A stretch of DNA of 48,382 nucleotides from an uncultured Gammaproteobacteria bacterium. Lineage in GTDB: Bacteria > Patescibacteriota > Microgenomatia > CAZETR01 > Amesbacteraceae. The DNA lies in contig CAYTYO010000002.1 in NCBI GenBank assembly GCA_964441445.1, forward strand, positions 1 to 48,382, read 5' to 3'. Position numbers and translations under genes: made by a program. The notes under the pieces were generated by a model. It was given only the letters and a program-made list of their open reading frames with translations. It was not told the DNA's origin and made no database searches. Of this stretch, positions 38,049-46,671 are shown one piece after another (position 1 is the stretch's first letter; each line of letters begins with the position of its first letter).

Positions 38049-38080
38049 TTATCACTTTAAGTCACAAACTCCTGTGATAA
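38049..38080. promoter_or_regulatory. Nested inverted repeat (TTATCAC...GTGATAA; inner TCACA-N6-TGTGA), candidate operator of the metal module
   Basis: Seen directly 24-55 nt upstream of the 38025 start. TCACA at 38062-38066 pairs with TGTGA at 38073-38077. Confidence 0.3.
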
Positions 38081-38181
38081 AAATTTTTATACCAAAAATA
38101 CAATAACAATCGTCTTATTTTATTCGGGTTATATTCGTAAGAGAATTTCTTCCAAGCCGGCTATAAAAGCCTTTCACTCTA

Positions 38182-38856
38182 TTACTCGATATTACCAACT
38201 ATTTGCTTTAAATCGGATATATCCTTAAGCAAATAATCAGTCCCAATAGACTGCAGTACTGTTTCCTGTGCGTACCCGGATATAAGACAAGCCGCCTTCA
38301 TCTCAATCTCCTTAGCCGCCCTTACCCCAGCGATTGCATCTTCGACCACTAGACAGTTTCTCGGATCAATATCCAGTTTTTGCGCCGTCAGCAAATATAT
38401 TTCCGGATCGGGCTTTGAAATTATCACTTCCTCTCCGGTTGTCGTAACTCCGAAAGCCAATATTAAATTCAGTGCCTCCAATTCCTTCTCCACTATCCCC
38501 CACGTACTCCCCGTAGACAAAGCCGTTAAAAGATTTTTTTCACTTATTACTGCCATCACGTCTTCCAGCCCATCCCGCAATTTAACCTGTAAATCGGCTA
38601 CTAATTTCCGATATTCATCTACTGTTTCTCCCGTCAGCTTTCGCTCAATCTCCGGACTGTACTCCCCGTTTTCCGATAATACCCTTCTCCAATTAGACCC
38701 GAGGCCAATTCCCGGTTCGTGCACCCATCCGTTCTCCAGCCGAAACTTACTCATTATTTGATACTTTGCCATTACGGTTGTAAACGCCTGTTCCCAGTCC
38801 ATTTCATTATCGAGGACTGTTCCGTCTAAATCAAAAATCACTGCCTCTATTGCCAT
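38182..38856 (-). CDS. HAD-superfamily hydrolase (beta-phosphoglucomutase-like, subfamily IA)
   Basis: AVIFDLDGTVLDNE motif I, ALSTGST, KPDPEIYL, LVVEDAIAGVRAA. Confidence 0.85.
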   Translation of the reverse strand: MAIEAVIFDLDGTVLDNEMDWEQAFTTVMAKYQIMSKFRLENGWVHEPGIGLGSNWRRVLSENGEYSPEIERKLTGETVDEYRKLVADLQVKLRDGLEDVMAVISEKNLLTALSTGSTWGIVEKELEALNLILAFGVTTTGEEVIISKPDPEIYLLTAQKLDIDPRNCLVVEDAIAGVRAAKEIEMKAACLISGYAQETVLQSIGTDYLLKDISDLKQIVGNIE

Positions 38857-38868
38857 ATATTAATTATT

Positions 38869-39558
38869 TTAATTTTCTGTAACAATTTTTAACCGTCCGT
38901 AATTATATACTGCCGTGTCAGCTGTCAGAGTTTTGGCTTGTACCCGGATCAGATTTTTGCCAGCCCAAAAGTTTAACTTGCCCGAAGTATATATCCCCGC
39001 AGGTTGGCCGGTACTTGTCACTTCACTTCCGTCCACCCCAATGCTGTGCGCAGCGTCATATAACCTCACAAACGCCTTTCCGTTCCCGTTTAATAAATTC
39101 ATATTTGCTTCAAAATATATTTCTGTTAACCCCGGATAATCGCTCTTATCAAAATAAAACTCCGTCCCGCTGATATTTTCCCATGTCACCAACTTAGAAC
39201 TCCCCGAACCGGGGATGGTCACGTATGCTACCGCCCGAACTTTTTTAGTCGTAGCCGTCGCACCAGCACCTCTGGTCGGTATCACAGTACTGGTAGGGGC
39301 ACCAGTCATCATCACCGGCTCATCTTCTCTGTCTTCTGTCCCTGAAGCCTTGGAGCTGATTAGCGCTACCTGGCGCTCGATCTGTGCCATACACACCTCC
39401 CCACAGGTGTCTTCCCCCAAAGCTACGTCTTCCGCTGTCTCTGTCATAGGAGTTGTAAAAAATACCTCACGTACGACTAAGCCCAACGCCACATTAATCA
39501 TCACCAGGTTAATCACCCCGGTAATCAACCCCACCTTTTTCCAATTTACTTGCATCAT
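38869..39558 (-). CDS. Hypothetical membrane-anchored protein with beta-rich C-terminal domain
   Basis: 229-aa ORF with one N-terminal TM. No known motif. Confidence 0.6.
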   Translation of the reverse strand: MMQVNWKKVGLITGVINLVMINVALGLVVREVFFTTPMTETAEDVALGEDTCGEVCMAQIERQVALISSKASGTEDREDEPVMMTGAPTSTVIPTRGAGATATTKKVRAVAYVTIPGSGSSKLVTWENISGTEFYFDKSDYPGLTEIYFEANMNLLNGNGKAFVRLYDAAHSIGVDGSEVTSTGQPAGIYTSGKLNFWAGKNLIRVQAKTLTADTAVYNYGRLKIVTEN

Positions 39559-39570
39559 TTATTAATTGTA

Positions 39571-40992
39571 TTACACCCCGACTTTTTTTACGCTCAATCC
39601 CATTTTCCCGTCTTCAATCTTAAAGCCCTGCTTCTCAATTTCCACCCTCAACTGATCCGCCTCAACATACTTTCCGGCCAGTCTCAATTCTTGTCTCTTT
39701 GCCGCCATATCCACAATCTCCTCCGGAATTGCCGTTTTCGAAAATCCTGCCTCACCTAAATTCAGTCCCAATATCCGGTCAAAATCGAGTATCTGGTCCA
39801 GCTTGTCATAATCAGGAATGTTACTCTTTAACATCTCCCACACTACAGCCAATCCTTGGGGAAAGTTTAAATCGTTGTTTACGGCCGCCAAAAACCTTTC
39901 TCTGTAGCTTTCAAGCTTCTTCATCTTTTCCTTCGTCAGTGTTGTTCTGGCCTCTTCGCCTTTTCTTTTGGCCTGTTGTACAAACTGCACTAATTTATCG
40001 TAAGCCGTCTGCGCCGATGCCAATGACGACCAGGTAAAGTTCAATGGAGTTCGGTAATGGGCGGTCAAAAATAAATATCGTAATGCCAGAGGTGAAAATC
40101 CTTTTTCCATCACCTCCGGAACCCGATATACATTCCCCAAGGACTTTCCCATTTTCTGCCCGTCCACCTTCAGAAAAACATGATGCACCCAGTATTTTGC
40201 CATCGGCTTTCCCGTTGCAGCTTCAGATTGCGCTATTTCATTCGGGTGATGTATCGACAAATGGTCCTCTCCCCCGGTGTGAATATCAAAACTCTCCCCC
40301 AGATATTTCATCGACATCGCCGAACATTCGATATGCCATCCCGGAAAGCCTTTTCCCCACGGACTTTCCCATTGCATCGTGTGATCGGCAAATCTTCCGA
40401 CGGCCTTAAACCACAAAGCAAAATCAGCCGGATTTCTTTTATGCTCGCCCGTCTGTACCTCTTCCCGCACAGCCACCCGCTTATCCGCTAGCTGCTGCCC
40501 GAACAACCCGTCATATCGGGGGAACTTAGCTACCTCAAAATACACGGCCTCTGGCGTGTCATACGCAAATCCGCGTGTCATTAGGCGCTGTACCAACTCA
40601 ACCTGTTCCGGAATGTGATCTGTCGCTTTACACACGCGTGAAGGCCGCAGCACATTTAGCAAATCCATTGAAGCATAAAAATCTTTCGTATAAAAATCGG
40701 CCACTTCCCATACCGTCTTACCGGCCGTTCTTGCACCTTTTTCCATTTTGTCTTCACCCTCATCAGCGTCCGAAACCAAATGCCCGACATCGGTAACATT
40801 TTGTACATGCATTACCTCAAATCCGTTATATGTCAGTAGTCGTCGCAGCAAATCATCCCCCACGTATTTCCGTCCGTGTCCGATTGAAGCGTACCCGTAA
40901 ACCGTAGGACCACAGGTATACATCCCGACAGCCGGAGGTTTAATCGGCACAAATTCTTCAACTTCCCGGCTTAAACTGTTAAAAAGTTTCAT
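39571..40992 (-). CDS. cysS: Cysteine--tRNA ligase
   Basis: MYTCGPTVYGYASIGHGRKY (HIGH region), GFPGWHIECSAM, KMGKSLGN (KMSKS). Full-length 473 aa with the C-terminal anticodon-binding part. Confidence 0.95.
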   Translation of the reverse strand: MKLFNSLSREVEEFVPIKPPAVGMYTCGPTVYGYASIGHGRKYVGDDLLRRLLTYNGFEVMHVQNVTDVGHLVSDADEGEDKMEKGARTAGKTVWEVADFYTKDFYASMDLLNVLRPSRVCKATDHIPEQVELVQRLMTRGFAYDTPEAVYFEVAKFPRYDGLFGQQLADKRVAVREEVQTGEHKRNPADFALWFKAVGRFADHTMQWESPWGKGFPGWHIECSAMSMKYLGESFDIHTGGEDHLSIHHPNEIAQSEAATGKPMAKYWVHHVFLKVDGQKMGKSLGNVYRVPEVMEKGFSPLALRYLFLTAHYRTPLNFTWSSLASAQTAYDKLVQFVQQAKRKGEEARTTLTKEKMKKLESYRERFLAAVNNDLNFPQGLAVVWEMLKSNIPDYDKLDQILDFDRILGLNLGEAGFSKTAIPEEIVDMAAKRQELRLAGKYVEADQLRVEIEKQGFKIEDGKMGLSVKKVGV

Positions 40993-41726
40993 ATTTTATA
41001 ATCGGAGTACTTATATATGCACTTAGATTGGTCTGTGACTACATGGTACCACTCGAAATGATTTATGGCCATAAACATCCATAAAGGTATCGGTAGCCCT
41101 TTCCCTAATTTCTGGCTTTTGTGCGCCCTCACTGCCTGCCATTTTAAAAGCCAATTCCACCCCAAATTCAACCGATAAGTCGGCTCGACCATTTGTCCGA
41201 GCACCTTCTCCATTCCCGTAATTTTCCATCTGCCCTTAAACAACTCCGGTACTGCCATGAACCACAACTGCCAACCCTTCTCACTTCCCATCTGCATATA
41301 TTTACCGTACAAATATTTGCTTACGGCAATATGGTCAGGGTGTCCGTAAAATCCGCTCGGATCGTATGTTACCACTACCTCCGGTTGATATTTATCCATC
41401 ATTAAGTCGACCCACTTTTTCCACCCCAATTCGGTTTTCAGCTTCCCGTCATCAAAATCGCCCACTTCCACAATATCAACTTTCATAATCCGGGTCGCCT
41501 CTTTCAACTCCTCACCCCGTATTTCAGCCAGTGACTTACCCTGTCCCTTAATATGAATTCTTCCCGCCCCTCCCGGGGTCAAACTGACAACTATCGTTTT
41601 CCAACCCCACTTTTGTGCGGCGATTAATAGTCCCCCCACCGGCATACTCTCATCATCCGGATGCGGAAAAATCGTCATCAGGGTTTTCCCTGAACCTTGC
41701 TTTAATAGTTTTGTTATATCTTCCAT
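40989..41726 (-). CDS. PIG-L/LmbE-family N-acetylglucosaminyl deacetylase
   Basis: IFPHPDDESM and GHPDHIAV zinc-ligand motifs. Its stop overlaps the cysS start (ATGA). Confidence 0.88.
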   Translation of the reverse strand: MEDITKLLKQGSGKTLMTIFPHPDDESMPVGGLLIAAQKWGWKTIVVSLTPGGAGRIHIKGQGKSLAEIRGEELKEATRIMKVDIVEVGDFDDGKLKTELGWKKWVDLMMDKYQPEVVVTYDPSGFYGHPDHIAVSKYLYGKYMQMGSEKGWQLWFMAVPELFKGRWKITGMEKVLGQMVEPTYRLNLGWNWLLKWQAVRAHKSQKLGKGLPIPLWMFMAINHFEWYHVVTDQSKCIYKYSDYKI

Positions 41727-41740
41727 TATTTTTAAGGACT

Positions 41741-41762
41741 AAAAAACCCGCTCATCGCGGGT
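41741..41762 (-). terminator. Rho-independent terminator hairpin
   Basis: On the minus strand: ACCCGC-GAUGA-GCGGGU followed by UUUUUU. It ends 15 nt before the PIG-L start codon. Confidence 0.7.
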
Positions 41763-41877
41763 ATTTGCAGCCGAAGTAAAACCCCGCCATGGGGGATCTA
41801 CTTCGACCAATAAGGACAGCCGACGACTAATTTCATTTCCATCTTTCCATTTTCCCTTCGCTTTCCCCACTTGTCAA
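41763..41877 (-). ncRNA. Candidate ~100-nt structured leader or small RNA (promoter-like TTGACA-17-GAAAAT plus 9-bp/4-bp extended hairpin)
   Basis: Minus-strand TTGACA at 41877-41872 and GAAAAT at 41854-41849. The hairpin at 41770-41807 (GUCGAAGUA...UACUUCGGC, inner CCCC/GGGG) has a G.U pair only in the minus-strand transcript. Confidence 0.35.
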
Positions 41878-41945
41878 TCATATATATTAATCAACTCGCA
41901 TCGACCACAAAACACACATACTACACTCAATTTAAACCCAACTTC

Positions 41946-42113
41946 CTACCTGCTGCCTCTTTTAAAACCGGTGAAACCTTTCTTCACCTGGCCTGCTCCG
42001 AAGTTCTTGAACATCGCTCCCCGACTACCTCGGAAAAAATCTCTCGGTCCCTTATCAAATCCTGCTATCTGCGGAACTTTTTTCTTTTCCTCTTTTGTAT
42101 TGTTATCAGCCAT
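41946..42113 (-). CDS. Possible 55-aa basic Gly/Phe/Lys-rich peptide
   Basis: ATG ORF below the track cut-off: MADNNTKEEKKKVPQIAGFDKGPRDFFRGSRGAMFKNFGAGQVKKGFTGFKRGSR. It starts 29 nt after the upstream gene stop. ORF evidence only. Confidence 0.3.
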   Translation of the reverse strand: MADNNTKEEKKKVPQIAGFDKGPRDFFRGSRGAMFKNFGAGQVKKGFTGFKRGSR

Positions 42114-42142
42114 GAATATAAATTGTCTAAAACTATTCTACC

Positions 42143-42601
42143 TTATTCTGCAACTCTTTTCTGCGCCTCATGAGATCCTTTACGCAGCATTTTTCGCCAC
42201 AACGGCTCTCTCTGCTCTTCCTGCTTTTTCACTTCCTTCTTCTGTTCCTTTTGTTGGGTATCTTTTTTCTGCTCCTGTTGTTTCTTCTGTTCCTTCTCCT
42301 GCCGCACCCTGGCAATCTCCGCATTAATCTTTTCTAAGTTTTGCCGGGTCTGGGACAATGCCTGCTGGCTTTGATCCTGCACCTGTTGCTGTTGTTGTTG
42401 TGACAGCATTTTCTGTTGGGCACTTTCTTGGCCCGCATCCTGTCCGTAATCCCCGGTCAGCTGCCCTTTAGCGTCACCCGCCATAGCCACAACTGTTGTC
42501 CCTACCGCCTTAGCCGCCTGCTTCGCATACTTTTGTGCCCGCCCGGAAATCCCTTCAATACTTTCAAACGAATCCTGATTTCTTGGTCCCAGTACCGCCA
42601 T
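42143..42601 (-). CDS. Hypothetical Gln/Lys/Glu-rich coiled-coil protein
   Basis: 152-aa ORF with a low-complexity QQQQQQ / KEQKK tract. No motif. Confidence 0.55.
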   Translation of the reverse strand: MAVLGPRNQDSFESIEGISGRAQKYAKQAAKAVGTTVVAMAGDAKGQLTGDYGQDAGQESAQQKMLSQQQQQQVQDQSQQALSQTRQNLEKINAEIARVRQEKEQKKQQEQKKDTQQKEQKKEVKKQEEQREPLWRKMLRKGSHEAQKRVAE

Positions 42602-42645
42602 ATACCTAATATATCAAATATTTTTTAATCCCGTTTAATTTTCCG

Positions 42646-43245
42646 TTAATATTCCCGTCTTCCTTCCAAAGCCCGTGTCAGGGTGACATCGTCTGCATAC
42701 TCAATATCCGCCCCAACCGGCAACCCGTGAGCGAGCCTGGTCACTTTCACGTCCGGATATTTATCCTTTATATATTTATTCAGATACATACAAGTAGCTT
42801 CACCTTCCATGTTTGGATTTAAAGCCAGAATTACCTCTTCCACACCGTCACCCAATCTTTTTACCAACTCATTTATTCTGATCTCGTCCGGTCCGATATT
42901 GTGCAACGGATCAATTATTCCGCCGAGTACATGATACCGGCCAGTAAACCCGTTTCCCCGCTCGAGTGCCGGCACGTCCAGCGGATGTTCAACCACACAA
43001 ATAATGCTTTTATTCCTCATCATGTCACTGCAGATATCACACGGGTCTGTTTCCGCCACATTAAAACACACCGCACATTGCTTCGTATTTCTTTTCAAAC
43101 TTCCGACCGCTTCCGCAAATTTGTCCAGTTCTAATTGTGGTACTGCCAATAAATAATATGTCAGTCGCGCTGCAGTCTTAGGCCCGATCCCGGGCAACCG
43201 CTCAAATGCTTCAATCAGATTATTTACCGCCCTAGCTATCCTCAT
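42646..43245 (-). CDS. recR: Recombination protein RecR
   Basis: HhH LPGIGPKTAARL, C4 finger CAVCFNVAETDPCDIC, Toprim VVEHPLD. Confidence 0.95.
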   Translation of the reverse strand: MRIARAVNNLIEAFERLPGIGPKTAARLTYYLLAVPQLELDKFAEAVGSLKRNTKQCAVCFNVAETDPCDICSDMMRNKSIICVVEHPLDVPALERGNGFTGRYHVLGGIIDPLHNIGPDEIRINELVKRLGDGVEEVILALNPNMEGEATCMYLNKYIKDKYPDVKVTRLAHGLPVGADIEYADDVTLTRALEGRREY

Positions 43246-43257
43246 ACAACCGTAAGT

Positions 43258-43563
43258 TTACCCCATTCCGCCAGCCCCGCCCGAAACATTCATCAACTCT
43301 TTTGCCGCCATTTCCTGGCTCTTCCTAATCGCTTTATTAATAACTTCATTCAATACGTCATTTGAAATTCCCTGAATGGACAGTTCCTGGATCCTCTGGT
43401 CACCGGTAATCACAATCCTTACCCCATTCTCTTCCACCGTAATTGTCTGCCCCGACAAATTCTTCTGCATCTGCATCGCCTGCTGTCGCAGTTTATTGAT
43501 ATCGCCCAAATTTTTGATTGTGTCGCCAATACCCATATGTCCCGTAAATTGTAGTTTACTCAC
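43258..43563 (-). CDS. ybaB: YbaB/EbfC-family nucleoid-associated protein
   Basis: About 100 aa with the NKLRQQAMQMQKNL helix, in the conserved dnaX-ybaB-recR position. Confidence 0.88.
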   Translation of the reverse strand: MSKLQFTGHMGIGDTIKNLGDINKLRQQAMQMQKNLSGQTITVEENGVRIVITGDQRIQELSIQGISNDVLNEVINKAIRKSQEMAAKELMNVSGGAGGMG

Positions 43564-43619
43564 TCCCTTTTGTCCATACCCACCCCAACCCGAAACACTT
43601 CAACCGCCAGCTTAAAAAG

Positions 43620-45143
43620 CTATACCGCTTCCACCCCGAATATTTGTTCCGCAGCCTGGACAATATCCTGATCCACTCCGTCAGCCGTTACCTCTTCGGT
43701 CTTTTTCTTTTGTCCCTCTCCGAGGCGCAAATACAGTTTCACCGTCCGCACGGAAAACAATTCCTTCACTGCTGTTTCTACAATTGCCCGGCATTTCTCC
43801 GTTTCCAGTTTATCCTTATGAAACTTATAAAAAACCTCCAACTCCAACTTCTCTCCGTCAAACCCGACCGGCCTGGTTGATCGCAGTAATGCTTCCACGG
43901 AATGATTTTTAGGTCTCACTAACTTCATTACCTCTGCCCATTTAGATTCCAGATCAGCCAAACTGTATTTCCCCTTTCCCCCTTCGGCCATAATTACCTG
44001 TTTTTCTGTCTTTTCCTTAATTTTTTCTTCCGGTACATCTTCTTTCACTGTCGGCGTTTCCGCCGTCCGGGTTTCTTTAACTGCCTTTCCGCCTGTGTTA
44101 TTGCCCTTTCGGCCCTTTCCCACCACAAACATCTCCAGCGGTAATTGCGGTAGGACACTCAACTTCATCTGTTCATATACTCGGTCCATCTCCGTCAACC
44201 AGGACAGCAACCTGGTTGTATCTTGTGTCCCGCCTTTAGCCGTGTCCAGTAGTTCGTCCCGCCACACTTCCACTACTGCTTCCACGAACCGCCGCCAGTT
44301 AGTCCCCTGTTGCTCTAACCGGTCAATCATGGCCAGCGCTTCATCGGTTTTACCTTCGCTAACCAGTTGTGCAAAAGCCGCAGCTTCTCCCTCAGTTGCC
44401 ATCCGCAAAACCATTTCTACTGATTTCTCGCTTACTTCTCCGGCACTTAAAAACACCTGTTCCAATAATTTAGTCCCGTCCCTGAAACTGCCTTTAGCCG
44501 CCTTAACCAATCGTTCTAATGCCGCCTTCTCCGCTTTCATTCCCTCGCCTTCGGCGACCCGCATCAAACTGGCAACTCCTTCGGCAGTACTGGGCTTCCG
44601 GAAAGTTATCCTCGTGCATCTGGACACTACCGTTTCCGGCAGCTTATCCGGCTCCGTCGTGCACAATACAAAAAACGCACTTTCCGGCGGCTCTTCTAAA
44701 GTCTTCAATAATGCGTTGGCCGCTTCAGTGGTCAACATATGCACCTCATCAATAATGTAAACCTTATACCTGCCCTGCATCGGAGCCAGTCTGATCTTTT
44801 CTTTTAAGTCCCGGATCTCGTCAATACCCCGGTTTGAAGCCGCGTCTATTTCGACCACATCCATCGCCGTTCCGGCCGATATCTGCAGACACATATCACA
44901 TCCGTTGCAGGGTTCGATCCCCTTTTTCTTCGTGCAGTTTAAAGCCTTGGCCAAAATCCGGGCGGAGCTGGTCTTCCCCGTCCCTCGCGGGCCGGAAAAT
45001 AACCACGCATGCGGCAACTTATTAATTTTTCCGCTTTCAGCTCCGGAGAGAAGCTTGGTCAGCATCTCTCTCACCTCAACAAGGTCTAACTCTTCAACCC
45101 GCATTGGTCGATATTTCAAGTACAGCGTCGTTTGCATAAGCAA
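43620..45143 (-). CDS. dnaX: DNA polymerase III subunit gamma/tau
   Basis: LYLKYRP, Walker A GPRGTGKTSSARILAKALNC, zinc module CNGCDMC, Walker B YIIDEVHML, SRC motif VSRCTR. Confidence 0.93.
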   Translation of the reverse strand: MLMQTTLYLKYRPMRVEELDLVEVREMLTKLLSGAESGKINKLPHAWLFSGPRGTGKTSSARILAKALNCTKKKGIEPCNGCDMCLQISAGTAMDVVEIDAASNRGIDEIRDLKEKIRLAPMQGRYKVYIIDEVHMLTTEAANALLKTLEEPPESAFFVLCTTEPDKLPETVVSRCTRITFRKPSTAEGVASLMRVAEGEGMKAEKAALERLVKAAKGSFRDGTKLLEQVFLSAGEVSEKSVEMVLRMATEGEAAAFAQLVSEGKTDEALAMIDRLEQQGTNWRRFVEAVVEVWRDELLDTAKGGTQDTTRLLSWLTEMDRVYEQMKLSVLPQLPLEMFVVGKGRKGNNTGGKAVKETRTAETPTVKEDVPEEKIKEKTEKQVIMAEGGKGKYSLADLESKWAEVMKLVRPKNHSVEALLRSTRPVGFDGEKLELEVFYKFHKDKLETEKCRAIVETAVKELFSVRTVKLYLRLGEGQKKKTEEVTADGVDQDIVQAAEQIFGVEAV

Positions 45144-45187
45144 TGACCAATTTAGCGGTCCGTCACCTAAAATACAACCCCGTGATT

Positions 45188-45583
45188 TTACTCGTGATGC
45201 ACCCCTAAAAGGTGCAAACAGCCATGTCCTGCCAAAAACGCCATCTCCTCATCCACAGTCCTATTTTTTCCGGTTTTAGCCTGGGCCACTGCCACCGGAT
45301 AACAAATCACAATGTCGCCGAGGTGAATAACTCCGTCAGGCACCGGTACAAACTTTATCCCCTCAGTTTGCTCACTTAAAGGGAACGATAAGACGTCAGT
45401 TACTTCAGCAGTTTCCATGTACTGCTGATGCAGTTGTTTCATCTTTCGTCTTCCCACAACCACTAAACACACTTCCATATCCCCTGACCGACCCTGCTCC
45501 ATGATCATTTTTTCAATTTCCCGTCTTACCATTTCCCGGTCAAACGTATAACCCGGTCTTGAATAAATTTCCAACTTCACCAT
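45188..45583 (-). CDS. ybeY: rRNA maturation endoribonuclease YbeY
   Basis: C-terminal HGCLHLLGVHHE zinc-binding motif (H...H.....H). Confidence 0.9.
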   Translation of the reverse strand: MVKLEIYSRPGYTFDREMVRREIEKMIMEQGRSGDMEVCLVVVGRRKMKQLHQQYMETAEVTDVLSFPLSEQTEGIKFVPVPDGVIHLGDIVICYPVAVAQAKTGKNRTVDEEMAFLAGHGCLHLLGVHHE

Positions 45584-45589
45584 GGTATT

Positions 45590-46039
45590 TTATTTCACTT
45601 CCAACATTTCTTTTACCAAACCGGCGACCATTGATCCATCCGCCCGTCCCTTAAACTGCGGTGATACCACTCTCATAATTGCCCCGAACTCCCGCACCTC
45701 AGCTGCTGCAATTATAGGTTCCAGTTCTTTTTTAACTTCTTCACGGCTCATTTGTTCCGGCATGTATTTTTCTAATATAGCCAGCTCCTCTGCTTCAACG
45801 CCAGCCTGCTCTGCCCTTCCCGCCTGAGTGAACGACTCAATCGCTTCGCGCCGTTTCTTCACTTCCCGTGAAATTACCGCCACGATGTCAGTGTCAGCAA
45901 GCTCCCGGCCCAGTTCAATCTGTTTGTAGTTCATTTCCGACAACACCATCCGCACCACGGATACCCGTAATGCCTCACCGGCCTTCATTGCCGTTATGAG
46001 ATCAGATCTTATTCGCCCGTTCAAATCAGCGGATAACAC
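45590..46039 (-). CDS. yqeY: GatB/YqeY domain protein
   Basis: LNGRIRSDLITAMKAGEALRVSVVRMVLSEM and AEELAILEKYMPEQMS are typical YqeY blocks. Confidence 0.85.
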   Translation of the reverse strand: MLSADLNGRIRSDLITAMKAGEALRVSVVRMVLSEMNYKQIELGRELADTDIVAVISREVKKRREAIESFTQAGRAEQAGVEAEELAILEKYMPEQMSREEVKKELEPIIAAAEVREFGAIMRVVSPQFKGRADGSMVAGLVKEMLEVK

Positions 46040-46214
46040 GTCGCCTCCCGCTTCTTCTTTCTTTAATCTTTTCTTGTTTCACAATGGACGGTTTCCTGTA
46101 AAACTCCCGTTTTTTTAGTTCGATTAAAATTTCGTCATTAATCACTTTCTTACGAAAGTCGGCGATCAATTTATCATCTGATTGGCCTGGTTTTTTGCGT
46201 ACTACTGTAGGCAA
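46026..46214 (-). CDS. rpsU: 30S ribosomal protein S21
   Basis: (M)PTVVRKKPGQSDDKLIADFRKKVINDEILIELKKREFYRKPS. A TTG start directly abuts the upstream stop. Confidence 0.88.
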   Translation of the reverse strand: MPTVVRKKPGQSDDKLIADFRKKVINDEILIELKKREFYRKPSIVKQEKIKERRSGRRRVIR

Positions 46215-46616
46215 TTAAATCCCCCCCTCTCTCAATTTATCTGCAATCTGATCTAACTGTTGATTGTCCAATTTCTCAAACTTTTGTATATCCACCAAAG
46301 TCTGATGCAAATCATTGGTATATCTCGGTATTACCCGGATATGTGCATGGGCCACTTCCATTCCCAAAGTAATATAGCTGATCCACTCAGCCCCCAATTT
46401 TTCCTTGGCCTTCAAACCGATTTTTTTGGCCACTTCAAAATACTCTCCGAAATTCGGCACATCATCCACCCATCGATAATGTTTCTTAGGTATTACCAGG
46501 GTATTTCCGGACGTAAGTGGCCTGACATCCAAAAAAGCCAAAAAGCTTTCGTCCTCATAAACCCGTCTCGCTGGCACCTCACCAGCCACAATTTGACAAA
46601 ATATACAGTCACTCAT
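46215..46616 (-). CDS. HIT-family protein (Hint-like)
   Basis: CIFCQIVAGEVPARRVYEDESFLAFLDVRPLTSGNTLVIPKKHY and the histidine-triad region VAHAHIRVIPR. Confidence 0.88.
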   Translation of the reverse strand: MSDCIFCQIVAGEVPARRVYEDESFLAFLDVRPLTSGNTLVIPKKHYRWVDDVPNFGEYFEVAKKIGLKAKEKLGAEWISYITLGMEVAHAHIRVIPRYTNDLHQTLVDIQKFEKLDNQQLDQIADKLREGGI

Positions 46617-46671
46617 ACCGGCGGATTATAACTTACAAACCTATCCCGGCACAAGCTAAAATAAACTCCTA

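Noticed and set aside
41741-41877. T-box riboswitch as the identity of the leader upstream of the PIG-L/cysS operon.
   Set aside because: The leader is only about 100 nt. It lacks the conserved T-box sequence (AGGGUGGNACCGCG-like) and a specifier-loop architecture.
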